A stretch of 32,000 bases of DNA from Xanthomonas campestris pv. campestris str. ATCC 33913 (GCF_000007145.1 NC_003902.1:4466497-4498496); one strand, 5' to 3'; positions 1 through 9,328 are shown, numbered from the stretch's first letter. Made by a program: numbers and translations. Notes: generated from the sequence alone by a model not told the origin.

Positions 1-378
1 ACCTGGGGCCCGGCCTACGTGTCGGGTGATCCGTACCGCCGGCCGCCGGGCATCCGCCCGCCGGGGCCGCGGCCAGCCGGTGCCGGCGGTGCGATCCAGG
101 CCGGCGGTGATGGCGGGTACCGGGGTGGGCGCGGCGGCTATGGTGGCGGCGGCTACGGCAATGGCTACGGCGGCACGGTGATCGTGCCCTACGGCAATGT
201 GCAGATCCGCGACGAATGCCACGCCCTGCCCGAGCAGGAAGTCTGTGCACGGTTGGCCGACCGCAGATGGGAGCTGATCCGTCGCTACAACAGCGCCCTG
301 CAGAGCGAACGCGTGGACCTGACCCGTGAGCAGCGCGGCATCGATGCGCGCCTGCAGCGCGACTGCGGCGGCGTATGA
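1..378 (+). CDS. Partial hypothetical protein (5-prime end outside window) with a Gly/Tyr/Arg-rich low-complexity tract
   Basis: Frame +1 is open from base 1. ORF track gives 19..378. The translation contains GGYRGGRGGYGGGGYGNGYGG followed by a Cys-containing C-terminal part. TGA 376-378 overlaps ATG 375-377 of the next ORF (ATGA). No family recognised. Confidence 0.45.
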   Translation, partial: TWGPAYVSGDPYRRPPGIRPPGPRPAGAGGAIQAGGDGGYRGGRGGYGGGGYGNGYGGTVIVPYGNVQIRDECHALPEQEVCARLADRRWELIRRYNSALQSERVDLTREQRGIDARLQRDCGGV

Positions 379-1019
379 GCCGCTGGGGCTGGGTGATGCT
401 GGTGCTCGCGTCCACCGCCAGCGCGCAGGAAGTGGCGATCTACCGCTGCACCGATGCCCAAGGCGCGCTGACGGTGCAGAACATGCCCTGCCCGAAGGGC
501 GTGCAGCAGCAGAAGAAACTGATGACCGCCCCCGCCGCCATGCCGTTGCCGTCGAGTGCAGCGGCGCCGGTGTCGGCCCGTCCTGCGCCTGCCCGCGCGG
601 CCACGCAAGCGCCGCCTGTAGCGGCGCCCGCACCGCAAGCACCGGCCGCTGTGCCGACGGCCACCACCGCCACCTCGTCACTACCACCGCCGCCGCTGTT
701 CGAATGCACCGCGCACGACAATGGCCGCTACTTCACCGAAGAGAGCGAGCCGGCCACGCGCTGCTTGCCGATGCAGGTCACCAACCTGGCCGGCGGCCCC
801 GCGCAGGGCGGCGGCAGCGCTTGCGAGGTGGTCACCGACCGCTGCGCGCCGGTGCCGGACCAGAGCCTGTGCGCGGCGTGGCGGCAACGCGCCGAGCAAG
901 CCGAGGCCGCGTGGCGCTTCTCCGACGAAGCCCAATCGGCCGCGCGCAAGCAACGTTACGACCAGGCGCGGCGGGTGATGGACGAGAGCCGCTGCGCCGG
1001 CACGCCCGCGACGCCCTGA
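375..1019 (+). CDS. Secreted DUF4124-like protein
   Basis: ORF track 375..1019. It has a signal-peptide-like N-terminus (MSRWGWVMLVLASTASAQE). This is followed by IYRCTDAQGALTVQNMPCP, which resembles the DUF4124 motif. An Ala/Pro-rich linker and a Cys-containing C-terminal region follow. Confidence 0.6.
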   Translation: MSRWGWVMLVLASTASAQEVAIYRCTDAQGALTVQNMPCPKGVQQQKKLMTAPAAMPLPSSAAAPVSARPAPARAATQAPPVAAPAPQAPAAVPTATTATSSLPPPPLFECTAHDNGRYFTEESEPATRCLPMQVTNLAGGPAQGGGSACEVVTDRCAPVPDQSLCAAWRQRAEQAEAAWRFSDEAQSAARKQRYDQARRVMDESRCAGTPATP

Positions 1020-1048
1020 GCCACGCGGACACGGCGTATCGGCAGGCT

Positions 1049-2392
1049 TTAAACCGGTGCCAGCGCCACCCGATTCCGGCCCTGGTTCTTGGCCTGGTAC
1101 AGCGCGCGATCGGCGCGCGCCATCACCGCCTCACGCACCCGAGCATCCTGCACCTGGCACTCCTGCGGCTGCAGCGCCGTGACCCCGATGCTCACGGTGA
1201 TGCGCGCGCACGGGCTACCCGCATGGCTGATCGGCATGGCAGCAAGTCGCTCCTGCAGCCGCCGCGCAACCTCCGCCGCGCCGGGCAAATCGGTATCGGG
1301 CAGCAGCAGTGCGAATTCCTCACCGCCATAGCGGGCCACCACGTCCTCGCCGCGCGTGACCACGCTGCGTAGCGCGGCGGCGATGTCCCGCAGGCACTGG
1401 TCGCCCTGCGGGTGGCCGTAGCGGTCGTTGTATTGCTTGAAGTAATCGACATCCAGCATCAGCACCGACGCGCCGCGCGTGCCGTCGCGCACCGCCGGCA
1501 GCAGACGCTCGAAGGCGCGATCAAAGCCGCGCCGGTTGGCCAGCCCGGTCAGGTGATCGTTGCGCGCAGCACCGAGCAATTGCGCATTGGCCTGCTCCAG
1601 CTGACGGTTGGCCTCGGCCAGCGCCTCGGTGGTTTTGGTCAGCCGCCACTGCACGCGCAGGTGCTCGCTGATGTCGGTCAACGCGGTGGTCAGCGCAATC
1701 AGCCGGCCCTCCAGATCGCGCACGCCGCGCACCCGCACGTGGTAGCTGCGGTCCTGCCAGTCGAACACCTGGTCGGGCACGTCGTGCCCGGCAGCGAGCG
1801 TGGCGAATGCGTCAGCCTGATCGGCCGCGGCTTGTGGAAACACCTCGGCCACGCGCATGCCGATCATCTCCTGCACGCTGCGCCCGGCGATGCCCGCCAT
1901 CGCCTCGTTCACCGCCAGATAGCGCGCGGCATGGTTGATCAGGCACAACGCCACCGGCGCGGCGGCATACAACGCTTCCAGCTGGAACAGACGCTGATTG
2001 GTGGCGCTGTCGTCGGGGCCGCCGGCAATCGGCGTGACGTCGCGGTCGATGCCGCGATAACCGCGCAGCGCGCCCTGGGCATCGAACAGCGGAATTCCGC
2101 TGGTTTCCAGCATGACGGTGCGGCCATCGGCACGCACGTTGCGGTTGAGCAGGCCCTGGAACGGGCGACGCGCTGCCACGATTTCGGCAAACGCCACGCC
2201 CACGCGCGCCGCTTCGGCCGGCTCCATCAGATCGAACGGCGTGCGCCCCAGAATCTGTTCAGGCGTATAGCCCAGCAACCGCTCGCAGGCGCGCGAGCAG
2301 AAGGTGTAGCGCGCCTGCGCATCCACTTCCCAGATCCAGTCGCTGTTGTCGTGCACGATGTCGTGCAGGTGCGCGAGCGGATGCTGCGGCAT
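1049..2392 (-). CDS. PAS-PAS-GGDEF diguanylate cyclase
   Basis: ORF track 1049..2500. It has two PAS-like segments and a GGDEF domain with a GGEEF active site. An RGED (RxxD) I-site lies 5 residues upstream of GGEEF. I place the start at ATG 2392 (MPQHPLAHL). The 2500 start would overlap the upstream SDR gene by 43 nt and add an R/W-rich leader. The start is uncertain. Confidence 0.8.
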   Translation of the reverse strand: MPQHPLAHLHDIVHDNSDWIWEVDAQARYTFCSRACERLLGYTPEQILGRTPFDLMEPAEAARVGVAFAEIVAARRPFQGLLNRNVRADGRTVMLETSGIPLFDAQGALRGYRGIDRDVTPIAGGPDDSATNQRLFQLEALYAAAPVALCLINHAARYLAVNEAMAGIAGRSVQEMIGMRVAEVFPQAAADQADAFATLAAGHDVPDQVFDWQDRSYHVRVRGVRDLEGRLIALTTALTDISEHLRVQWRLTKTTEALAEANRQLEQANAQLLGAARNDHLTGLANRRGFDRAFERLLPAVRDGTRGASVLMLDVDYFKQYNDRYGHPQGDQCLRDIAAALRSVVTRGEDVVARYGGEEFALLLPDTDLPGAAEVARRLQERLAAMPISHAGSPCARITVSIGVTALQPQECQVQDARVREAVMARADRALYQAKNQGRNRVALAPV

Positions 2393-2457
2393 GGGCGCGT
2401 CAGCCACGGCCGGCTCCGGCGTGCACCGAACAGGAGCGGCGAGCCAGCGGCGTTGCG

Positions 2458-3234
2458 CTAGAACCCATGACGCAGGAAGCCGCCATCCACCGCGATGCAT
2501 TCACCGGTGATGTAGCTGCCCGCCGGCAGGCACAGGAAACCGACCGCGGCGGCGACTTCTTCCGGCTCGCCGATGCGGCGCATCGGCGTGCGTTCGATCA
2601 CCTGCTCGTAGTAATCGGGATCGGACAACGGGCCGGAGGTGCGCCGGGTGCGGATGTACCACGGCGCCACCGCGTTGACGCGGATGCCGTCCTCGGCCCA
2701 TTCCACCGCCAGGTTGCGCGTCATCTGCTGCAGCGCCGCCTTGGTCATGCCATACGGCGCGCCGCTGCGCACATGCGTGATCCCCGACACGCTGCCCACG
2801 TTGACGATCGCCGAGGCGGCGTGCCGGGTCAGCAATGGGTGCGCATAGCGCGAGAGTTCGAACGCGGAAAACACGTTGGTTTCGAAGATGCCGCGCCATT
2901 CGTCTTCGGTGTAGTCGATGGCCGCGCGGGTGATGTTGCCACCGGCATTGTTGATCAGCAGATGCAAGCCATCGGCGTGATCTTCGACCCAATCCAGAAT
3001 CGCGCGGCGCTCCTCGTCGTCGGAAACATCCGCGGCCAGGCCGTGCAGTTCGCGCTCGGGAAACTCTTCGGCCAGCTCGTCGCGGGCCTGCGCCAGCGCA
3101 TCGGCATCGCGCGCCACCATCAACAGGTCGGCGCCGAAGCCGAGCAATTCGCGTGCGATGGCCAGGCCAATGCCGGCACTGGCGCCGGTGATCAGGGCGG
3201 TCTGTCCATCCAGCCGCCAGCGGTGCGCTGTCAC
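2458..3234 (-). CDS. Short-chain dehydrogenase/reductase (tropinone-reductase-like SDR)
   Basis: ORF track 258 aa. It carries the TGASAGIG Rossmann motif, an NNAG motif and a YGMTK (YxxxK) catalytic motif. Confidence 0.9.
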   Translation of the reverse strand: MTAHRWRLDGQTALITGASAGIGLAIARELLGFGADLLMVARDADALAQARDELAEEFPERELHGLAADVSDDEERRAILDWVEDHADGLHLLINNAGGNITRAAIDYTEDEWRGIFETNVFSAFELSRYAHPLLTRHAASAIVNVGSVSGITHVRSGAPYGMTKAALQQMTRNLAVEWAEDGIRVNAVAPWYIRTRRTSGPLSDPDYYEQVIERTPMRRIGEPEEVAAAVGFLCLPAGSYITGECIAVDGGFLRHGF

Positions 3235-3338
3235 GTGGGGGTGTCCTTTGAATACGCGGGAAACGGGCTGTGCGGTGCGGTTGGCGCACGCGTACGGCCG
3301 GGGCGTAGGATACCGCCACCCCGAGCGAGGTCACGACG

Positions 3339-3554
3339 ATGAAGATCCACTGGGCCGTACTGGCCTGTGCCACGTTGGCGTTGGCCGCCTGCCAGCGGCC
3401 GCAACCCGCGCCGACCGAGCAGAAACCCGAACCGCAAGCCACCGCCCTGCGTGACCACATCCAGCAGCCGCTGGACAAGGCGCGCGGCGTGCGGGCCGCC
3501 ACCGATCAGGCCGCCGCACAGCAGCGTGCAACGATCGACGCGGCGACGCAGTAA
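3339..3554 (+). CDS. Small putative lipoprotein
   Basis: ORF track 71 aa. The N-terminus MKIHWAVLACATLALAAC has a lipobox (LAAC). A hairpin follows at 3566-3594. Confidence 0.5.
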   Translation: MKIHWAVLACATLALAACQRPQPAPTEQKPEPQATALRDHIQQPLDKARGVRAATDQAAAQQRATIDAATQ

Positions 3555-3565
3555 CCGCTGAAAAC

Positions 3566-3594
3566 GACAACGCCGGCGCGAAGCCGGCGTTGTC
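3566..3594. terminator. Hairpin between convergent genes (likely sppA terminator, possibly bidirectional)
   Basis: gacaacgccggc-gcgaa-gccggcgttgtc forms a perfect 12-bp stem. On the minus strand it is followed by GTTTTC. There is no T-run on the plus strand. Confidence 0.5.
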
Positions 3595-3623
3595 ATGACT
3601 GCCTCCCTCGAGGGGAGGCGGCA

Positions 3624-5525
3624 TCAGAACCCGCAGAAGCAATACGCCAGCGCCTTGACCGGCGTGCCGCCCGCCTTGCTGTCGTGCACGGCGTCTTCGA
3701 CGAAGCGCAGCTGGGTGTCCACTTCCGGCAGCGAGCGTGCCAGCAGCGCACGCGCCATGCCCGAGTCGCTCAGCATCCACGCGCCCAGGCGGCTGCCCGC
3801 AAACCCGCTCATGAACTGCGAGAACGGCGTGGCGGCCTTTTCCACGTAGCGCACGCGGAACTTGCCCTTGCTCAGCTTGGCGCGCGATGCCGCATCGGCC
3901 ACCGCTTCCTGCATGCCGCCGAACGCGTCCACCAGACCATGGTCCTTGGCCTGCGCACCGCTCCAGACGCGGCCACGGGCAACCTTGTCGATGGCCTCCA
4001 CCGACTGGTGCCGCGCCTGCGCCACCTTGCCGGTGAAGTCGGCATAGCCCTTGTTGATCACCGCCTGGATGACCTGGCCGGCGGCCGGGTCCAGCGGGCG
4101 GGTGATGTCGAAGGCGCCGGCAAAACGCGTGGTGCCCACGCCATCGGTATGCACGCCGATCTTGTCCAGCGCGCGGGTGAGGTTGGGCACCATGCCGAAG
4201 ATGCCGATCGAGCCGCTGATGGTCGACGGATCTGCATAGATGCGATCGGCATTCATGCTGATCCAGTACCCGCCCGACGCAGCCAGGTCGCCCATCGACA
4301 CCACCACCGGCTTGCCGGCCTGCTTCAGCGCGACCACTTCGCGGCGGATCTGCTCGGAGGCAAACACCTCGCCACCGGGCGAATCCACGCGCAGCACCAC
4401 CGCCTTGATTTCCTCGTCGTCCCGCGCCTGGCGCAGCAACGCGGCAGTGGATTCGCCACCGATGCGCCCGGCCGGCTGCTCGCCGCCACTGATCTCGCCC
4501 GCAGCCACCACCACGGCCACCTGCGGGCGGCTGTCCATCGGCGAATGCTGGGCCTGCAACTGGGTGAGATAGCTGCCGAAATCGATGCTGCGGAAGCCGC
4601 CATCGGCATCGTTGTCGGCCACGCCGCGTTCGGTCAGCAGCGAGTCGACCTGCTCGCGCGTCTTCAGCCCGTCCACCAGCTTCTGCTGCAGGGCGAACTT
4701 GGCCAGATCGCCACCGGCGGCGGTGACGCCTTCCGGCAGCGTGTCGATGCCGGCCGCCAGCTGCGCCGGCGACAGCTTGCGTGCGGTGGCCACGTCGGCC
4801 AGGTAGCGCTGCCACACATCGTTCATCCAGAACAGGTCCGCTTCCTTGGCGTCGGCGGAGGCCGCATCCAGGATGTATGGCTCGGCGGCGGACTTGTATT
4901 CACCCACGCGGAACAGATGCACGTCCACGCCCAGCTTGTCCTGCAGGCCCTCGCGGAAATACTGCCGGTAGCGCCCCAGGCCTTCGAGCAACACGCTGCC
5001 CATCGGGTCGAGATAGACCTCGTTGGCCTGCGCGGCCAGCAGGTACTGGCCCTGGCTCATGCTTTCGCTGAAGGCGACGATCTGCTTGCCGGACGCGCGC
5101 AGCCCCTGCAACGCCTTGGCCACCTCGCGCTGGGAGGCGAAACCGGACGGCTGCAGCTTGTCCAGGTTCAACAGCACCCGCTCGATCTTGCTGTCCTTCC
5201 CGGCGGCCTCGATCACCCGCACCAGGTCACGCAGCTGCACTTCTTCGGCGCTCTTGTCACCGACCGCCTTGGCCAGCGAACGGCTCACCGGATCCGCACT
5301 GAACTGCTCCACCAGGGTGCCTTCCGGTGCGATCACCAAGGTGGTGCGCGCAGCCAGCGGTTTGGTGCCATCGCCACGGGCGATCGCCACCACGAACAGC
5401 AGCAGCAACAGGAACAGGAAGCCGAAGAACACCAGGTTGAAAATCAGGCGTCGGGTGAAATTCATCACATCCCACAGGCCGACAAAAAACGTGGCGATGG
5501 GATTGCGACGCACGGGGTGGTTCAT
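3624..5525 (-). CDS. sppA: Signal peptide peptidase SppA, 67K type (S49 protease IV)
   Basis: ORF track 633 aa. It has an N-terminal TM segment (FNLVFFGFLFLLLLLFVVAIA). Two S49/ClpP-like halves are present, and length and layout are typical of SppA. Confidence 0.9.
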   Translation of the reverse strand: MNHPVRRNPIATFFVGLWDVMNFTRRLIFNLVFFGFLFLLLLLFVVAIARGDGTKPLAARTTLVIAPEGTLVEQFSADPVSRSLAKAVGDKSAEEVQLRDLVRVIEAAGKDSKIERVLLNLDKLQPSGFASQREVAKALQGLRASGKQIVAFSESMSQGQYLLAAQANEVYLDPMGSVLLEGLGRYRQYFREGLQDKLGVDVHLFRVGEYKSAAEPYILDAASADAKEADLFWMNDVWQRYLADVATARKLSPAQLAAGIDTLPEGVTAAGGDLAKFALQQKLVDGLKTREQVDSLLTERGVADNDADGGFRSIDFGSYLTQLQAQHSPMDSRPQVAVVVAAGEISGGEQPAGRIGGESTAALLRQARDDEEIKAVVLRVDSPGGEVFASEQIRREVVALKQAGKPVVVSMGDLAASGGYWISMNADRIYADPSTISGSIGIFGMVPNLTRALDKIGVHTDGVGTTRFAGAFDITRPLDPAAGQVIQAVINKGYADFTGKVAQARHQSVEAIDKVARGRVWSGAQAKDHGLVDAFGGMQEAVADAASRAKLSKGKFRVRYVEKAATPFSQFMSGFAGSRLGAWMLSDSGMARALLARSLPEVDTQLRFVEDAVHDSKAGGTPVKALAYCFCGF

Positions 5526-5609
5526 GGAAAACTCCGTCGGAAAGACGCGATGGATCGATCGTTGCGCCCAGCATACCGGCTGCGCACGGTGCAGGGCATG
5601 CGCAGGAAG

Positions 5610-6986
5610 TCAGGGTGCCGCACCGGCAGTCAGCCGCCGGCTGGTCTGGCGGAAGCGCAAGCCCATCAGGATCGCGGCGGCGGTCAGGCCCAGAATCAGC
5701 CCGATCCACATCCCTTGCGGCCCCCAGCCCAGCCCCAGGCCGAGCCCGGCACCGAGCGGCATGCCTAAGCCCCAGTACGAAAACATCGCCAGGAACATCG
5801 GCACGCGCGTGTCCTTGAGCCCGCGCAAGGCGCCGGCCGACAACACCTGGATGCCGTCGGGAAACTGGAACGTGGCCGCGAACAACAACAGCACCGATGC
5901 CAGCGCAGCTACTGCGGCATCGTTGGTATACACGCCCACGATGGCGTCGTGACCGAGCAACAGGATGCTGGCAGACACCGCCTGCGTGCCCAGCACGATG
6001 GCGTAGCCGGCCCAGGCCGCGCGGCGCATGCCCAGCGGATCGCCACGGCCCACCGCATGGCCGACGCGCACGGTGGTGGCTTCGGCCACGCCCATGGGGA
6101 TCATGAAACACAGCTGCGAGACGTTGATCGCGATCTGGTGCGCGGCCGCTTCGGTGGAGCCCAGCCGCCCGATCAGCAACGCGGTGACGATGAACAGCCC
6201 ACCTTCCATCAACACGGTGATGCCGATCGGCAACCCGGTGCGCAACAGCTCGCCAATCGCCCGCCAGCGCGGGCCTTCAAGATGGGTGAACAACTCCAGG
6301 TGCGCAAAGCGCCGCGAGCGCCACAGATACAGCGCGAAGGCAATCGCCTGCACCCACATGGTGATGGCCGAGGCCATTCCCAGCCCCTGTGCACCATGCT
6401 CGGCGAAGCCGAACTTGCCGTAGGTCAGCACGTAGCCCAGCGGCGCCAGCACCAGCAGCCCGCCAAAGCCCAGCAGCATGGTCGGCAGCGTCCAGTGCAT
6501 GCCTTCGCTGAGGTAGCGCATGCAGAAGTAGAACGTCAGCGCCGGCCCGCCCCAGCGCACCGCGTGCAGGAAGTCGGTGGCGCCGGGCACGATGTCCGGC
6601 GCGATCCCGAAGGTAGGCAGCAACGGCGGCACCGCGGTGAGAAAGCCGAACATCAGTGCGCCCAGGCCCAGCGACAGCCACAGCGCCTGGCGGAACAAGG
6701 GGCCGATCTCGCGTTCGCGCCCGGCACCGACCAACTGCGACACCGAGGCGGTGAGCGAGATCAATGTGCCGATCGGCACCAGCATCGGCAGCCACAACAA
6801 CGAGGTGCCGATGGTGACCGCGGCCAGCGTGGCGGTGCCGTGGTGGCCGGCGATCACGTTGTCGACAAAGCCGATCAGGCCGGTGGAGACATGACCGAGC
6901 ACCAGCGGCAGCGCGAGCAGGCCGGTGGTACGCACTTCCGCTGCAAAGCGTGGCGTTGCCGACGGGGAGGAGTGAGGGACAGACAT
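5610..6986 (-). CDS. MATE family efflux transporter (NorM-like)
   Basis: ORF track 5610..7037. The protein is polytopic and hydrophobic throughout, with a MATE-like N-terminus (EVRTTGLLALPLVLGHVSTGLIGFVDNVIAG). I place the start at ATG 6986 (MSVPHSS). Confidence 0.85.
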   Translation of the reverse strand: MSVPHSSPSATPRFAAEVRTTGLLALPLVLGHVSTGLIGFVDNVIAGHHGTATLAAVTIGTSLLWLPMLVPIGTLISLTASVSQLVGAGREREIGPLFRQALWLSLGLGALMFGFLTAVPPLLPTFGIAPDIVPGATDFLHAVRWGGPALTFYFCMRYLSEGMHWTLPTMLLGFGGLLVLAPLGYVLTYGKFGFAEHGAQGLGMASAITMWVQAIAFALYLWRSRRFAHLELFTHLEGPRWRAIGELLRTGLPIGITVLMEGGLFIVTALLIGRLGSTEAAAHQIAINVSQLCFMIPMGVAEATTVRVGHAVGRGDPLGMRRAAWAGYAIVLGTQAVSASILLLGHDAIVGVYTNDAAVAALASVLLLFAATFQFPDGIQVLSAGALRGLKDTRVPMFLAMFSYWGLGMPLGAGLGLGLGWGPQGMWIGLILGLTAAAILMGLRFRQTSRRLTAGAAP

Positions 6987-7361
6987 TGCAGAACCGATCG
7001 CCACGCGGACTACGGCCGTGCCTGGCGGCGCTGGCACCGGGTCGCGTGGGGGCGCCTATCTTACCTGCAGTTGCGGTGCGGGCCATGCGTGGTCAGCGTG
7101 TCGCTGACCGAAGCGGTGACGTCTGTCGTCAGTGCTTGGCGCTGCGGGTGACGGTGCGGTGCTGCAACTTCTGCGGAGTGCGTGAGACGCGCGTTTGATC
7201 AATCGGGGAAGGCGCCTGGACCGCGCGCCTCGGAGGCCACTGGCAGCGGAGCCGTACCGGCGGCGTCGGTCGACGCCCGATGACCCCGCACGCGGGCTGC
7301 CTGACGCCCACGCGCTCACCGCGCGAGTGCGATTACGGCCGCCACGAGCGGCCCGCTCTAA

Positions 7362-7964
7362 TCAGCGCGCCAGCTGGCGCTTCAGCCATGTCGACCGGGT
7401 TGCCGCCGACTCGGCAAGCAGGGCATCGCGCAAGGCATCGCGTTCCTGCGGCGGGGTGCGCTGCGCCAGCACCGCCAGTTGCTCCAGCTGACCGGCATCC
7501 AGGCTGCGCAGGACGCCGAGCAGCGCATCGCGCTGGGCGACCGGCACGTAACCGATCAGCGGCTGCAGTTGCGGATAGAAGTTGCCCAACTGCGAGCCCA
7601 GGCGCCAGCCATCGCGATGCAGCCGGTCCATGGCGCCGAACTGCGTGCGCAGCGCGCGCTGCTGATCGTCCGGCAGCGCCTGCAGGCGCTCACGCGCTTG
7701 CCGCAAGACCACCTTGTCGGTGGCGGTCAGTGCCTTCCAGGCCGCGTAGCGGGCGCGCAGCTCGGTGCGCTGGGCGGGCGTCAGCGCATCCCATCGCGCA
7801 CGCTGCTGCGCAGCGCTGGGAATGCTCCGGGCCGGCGCGGCGGGCGCTGCCGGGGTCGCCACCGGGCTGGCCGGCGTTTCGTCCAGCGCCGCGGGCAGCA
7901 CCTGCGCCCCTGCGGCACCGGCCATGACAGCCAGCCACAGGCCGCACCACTTAGTTTTGGTCAT
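7362..7964 (-). CDS. DUF3106-like periplasmic protein
   Basis: This is the inner part of ORF 7362..8375. The start MTKTKWCGLWLAVMAGAAGA is a signal peptide, preceded by GGAG 7 nt upstream. It has repeated W..L(T/S)P.QR..LR-type motifs. It overlaps the upstream gene stop by 14 nt. Confidence 0.65.
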   Translation of the reverse strand: MTKTKWCGLWLAVMAGAAGAQVLPAALDETPASPVATPAAPAAPARSIPSAAQQRARWDALTPAQRTELRARYAAWKALTATDKVVLRQARERLQALPDDQQRALRTQFGAMDRLHRDGWRLGSQLGNFYPQLQPLIGYVPVAQRDALLGVLRSLDAGQLEQLAVLAQRTPPQERDALRDALLAESAATRSTWLKRQLAR

Positions 7965-9009
7965 CGACCGTCTCCAGTTCGCTCGACGGACGTTCGGCCG
8001 CAGTGGCGTGGGCGCCGGATTCGTCCGGTGGCACCGGGTGCCCGGCGGCGTACCAGGCGTACAGGTCGGCCGAGCGCGCCAGCTCCAGATCCGGGTCGGC
8101 GAGCATTGCCTGGTCGCGCGCATCCAGGCCGGGCGCAGCGACGGCATCGGGAAGGTTGGCGGCCGGTAATTCCTCCACCAGCACCGGGGCTGCGTCGGTG
8201 ACGTGCAGGACGCCCGCGGGCGCCTGCGACACCGGCTCCGGCGGCAAGGCGGGGCGGCGATGCGTCCACCACCACCCGAGCGCTCCCACCAACAGCACCA
8301 GCGCCACAAGCGCCAGCGCGATGCCGGCATGGCGGCGGTTGATGCGTGGCCACGTCCATTGCCGGCGTGCGGCACGGGCGCGCGGGCGGCGATCAGCGGG
8401 CCGTTCGCTGCGCGCGGGAGCCGATGCCGCCGGGCTGGAGGCGCCGTCCTGGGCCGGCTGCAACGGCATGCCGGCCAGGGCCGACTCCCGCAGCTGGGTG
8501 AGCCGGCTCAATTGGCCGGGGCTCAACTCACGCAATTCCGCCTGGGCGGCCTCGGCCAATGCCCGCCAGGCCTGCGCATCCGGGTTACCGGCCGCATCGC
8601 GGGGGCAGGCACGCGCCAGCGCAGCCTGGTACGCGGGGGTCTCCATGCCCTGCACTTCGCTGGCGTCGGCTTCCTGCAGCCCGCCGACGATGCGCAGCAG
8701 CAGCGCCAGGCGGTCAGCCGACTGCATCCGGCCCAGGGCGTTGAAGGGTGGCAACCAGGTGCCGGGCATCGGCTCGCGCCGCAGCGGCGGCGCGGCCGCC
8801 AGCAGGCTCCAGAAGCGCATTGGCCAACCTGCCATTGGCCGCCCGGCGGCTTGCCCACTGAAGGCACGCAGCGCGGCGGCCAGGGCCCGCTCGGCGGCGG
8901 CGTCATCGCCGCATTGCAACTGCGCCAGCACCAGACCCCGGCGTTCGACACCGCGCAAAAAGGCTGACAGCGCGGCGGGGGTGACGGGGGCGTCGGGGAC
9001 TACGGTCAT
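7951..9009 (-). CDS. Single-pass membrane protein with an N-terminal ECF-sigma-like region (tentative)
   Basis: This is the inner part of ORF 7951..9081. The start is ATG 9009, with GGAG 5 nt upstream. The N-terminal ~170 aa loosely resemble sigma region 2 and region 4 (RLALLLRIVGGLQEADASEVQGMETPAYQAALARA). A basic stretch and a TM helix (GIALALVALVLLVGALGWWW) follow, then an acidic C-terminal domain. Confidence 0.5.
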   Translation of the reverse strand: MTVVPDAPVTPAALSAFLRGVERRGLVLAQLQCGDDAAAERALAAALRAFSGQAAGRPMAGWPMRFWSLLAAAPPLRREPMPGTWLPPFNALGRMQSADRLALLLRIVGGLQEADASEVQGMETPAYQAALARACPRDAAGNPDAQAWRALAEAAQAELRELSPGQLSRLTQLRESALAGMPLQPAQDGASSPAASAPARSERPADRRPRARAARRQWTWPRINRRHAGIALALVALVLLVGALGWWWTHRRPALPPEPVSQAPAGVLHVTDAAPVLVEELPAANLPDAVAAPGLDARDQAMLADPDLELARSADLYAWYAAGHPVPPDESGAHATAAERPSSELETVDDQN

Positions 9010-9293
9010 GAGAACTCCAGCATCGGCCGGCATGATACCGACGCAAATGATCCCCGCCGATGGCTTGACAGATCCACACACCGTTACTCCTGCCGTGGCC
9101 GCCGCCCACGCACGTTGTGCACAGCGGCAGACATGCCGATACGCCGCCGTCTGTCAACTGTTGGTTTTTCCGTGCTGCATTCTTGTTTCACGCCTAAGTC
9201 TTTGATAATTATCGAATTATGGTAGATGGCGAAAAAATGTCCAACGGGTTGCCAAGGCTAGTGAATCCGCCTTCACGGCGTGGAGCACGAGAC

Positions 9294-9328
9294 TAATTCA
9301 CAGGCTTATCCACAGGCAGTGTGGATAA
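9294..9328. promoter_or_regulatory. Cluster of three DnaA-box-like 9-mers
   Basis: The sequence reads TAATTCACA (9294-9302) ggc TTATCCACA (9306-9314) ggcag TGTGGATAA (9320-9328). The last two are perfect matches to the consensus TTATNCACA in inverted orientation. The first has one mismatch. The cluster lies in the AT-richer divergent intergenic region upstream of priA. Confidence 0.5.

Noticed and set aside
2393-2500. Longer start (ATG 2500) for the PAS-GGDEF gene
   Set aside because: It would overlap the SDR gene by 43 nt and add an R/W-rich leader with no domain. It is kept only as an alternative.
3684-5768. 694-aa ORF on the plus strand
   Set aside because: It is antisense to sppA and the MATE gene. 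The translation is Arg/Ala/His-rich low-information sequence with no domain signature. Long stop-free antisense frames are expected in high-GC DNA.
6987-7361. 375-bp gene-free region upstream of the MATE gene with a perfect 8-bp hairpin (ggtcagcg-tgt-cgctgacc, 7091-7109), considered as a riboswitch, small RNA or small ORF
   Set aside because: I could not match it to any riboswitch class by eye. The local ORFs (7056..7319, 7195..7491) are Arg-rich and unconvincing. It is left unannotated.
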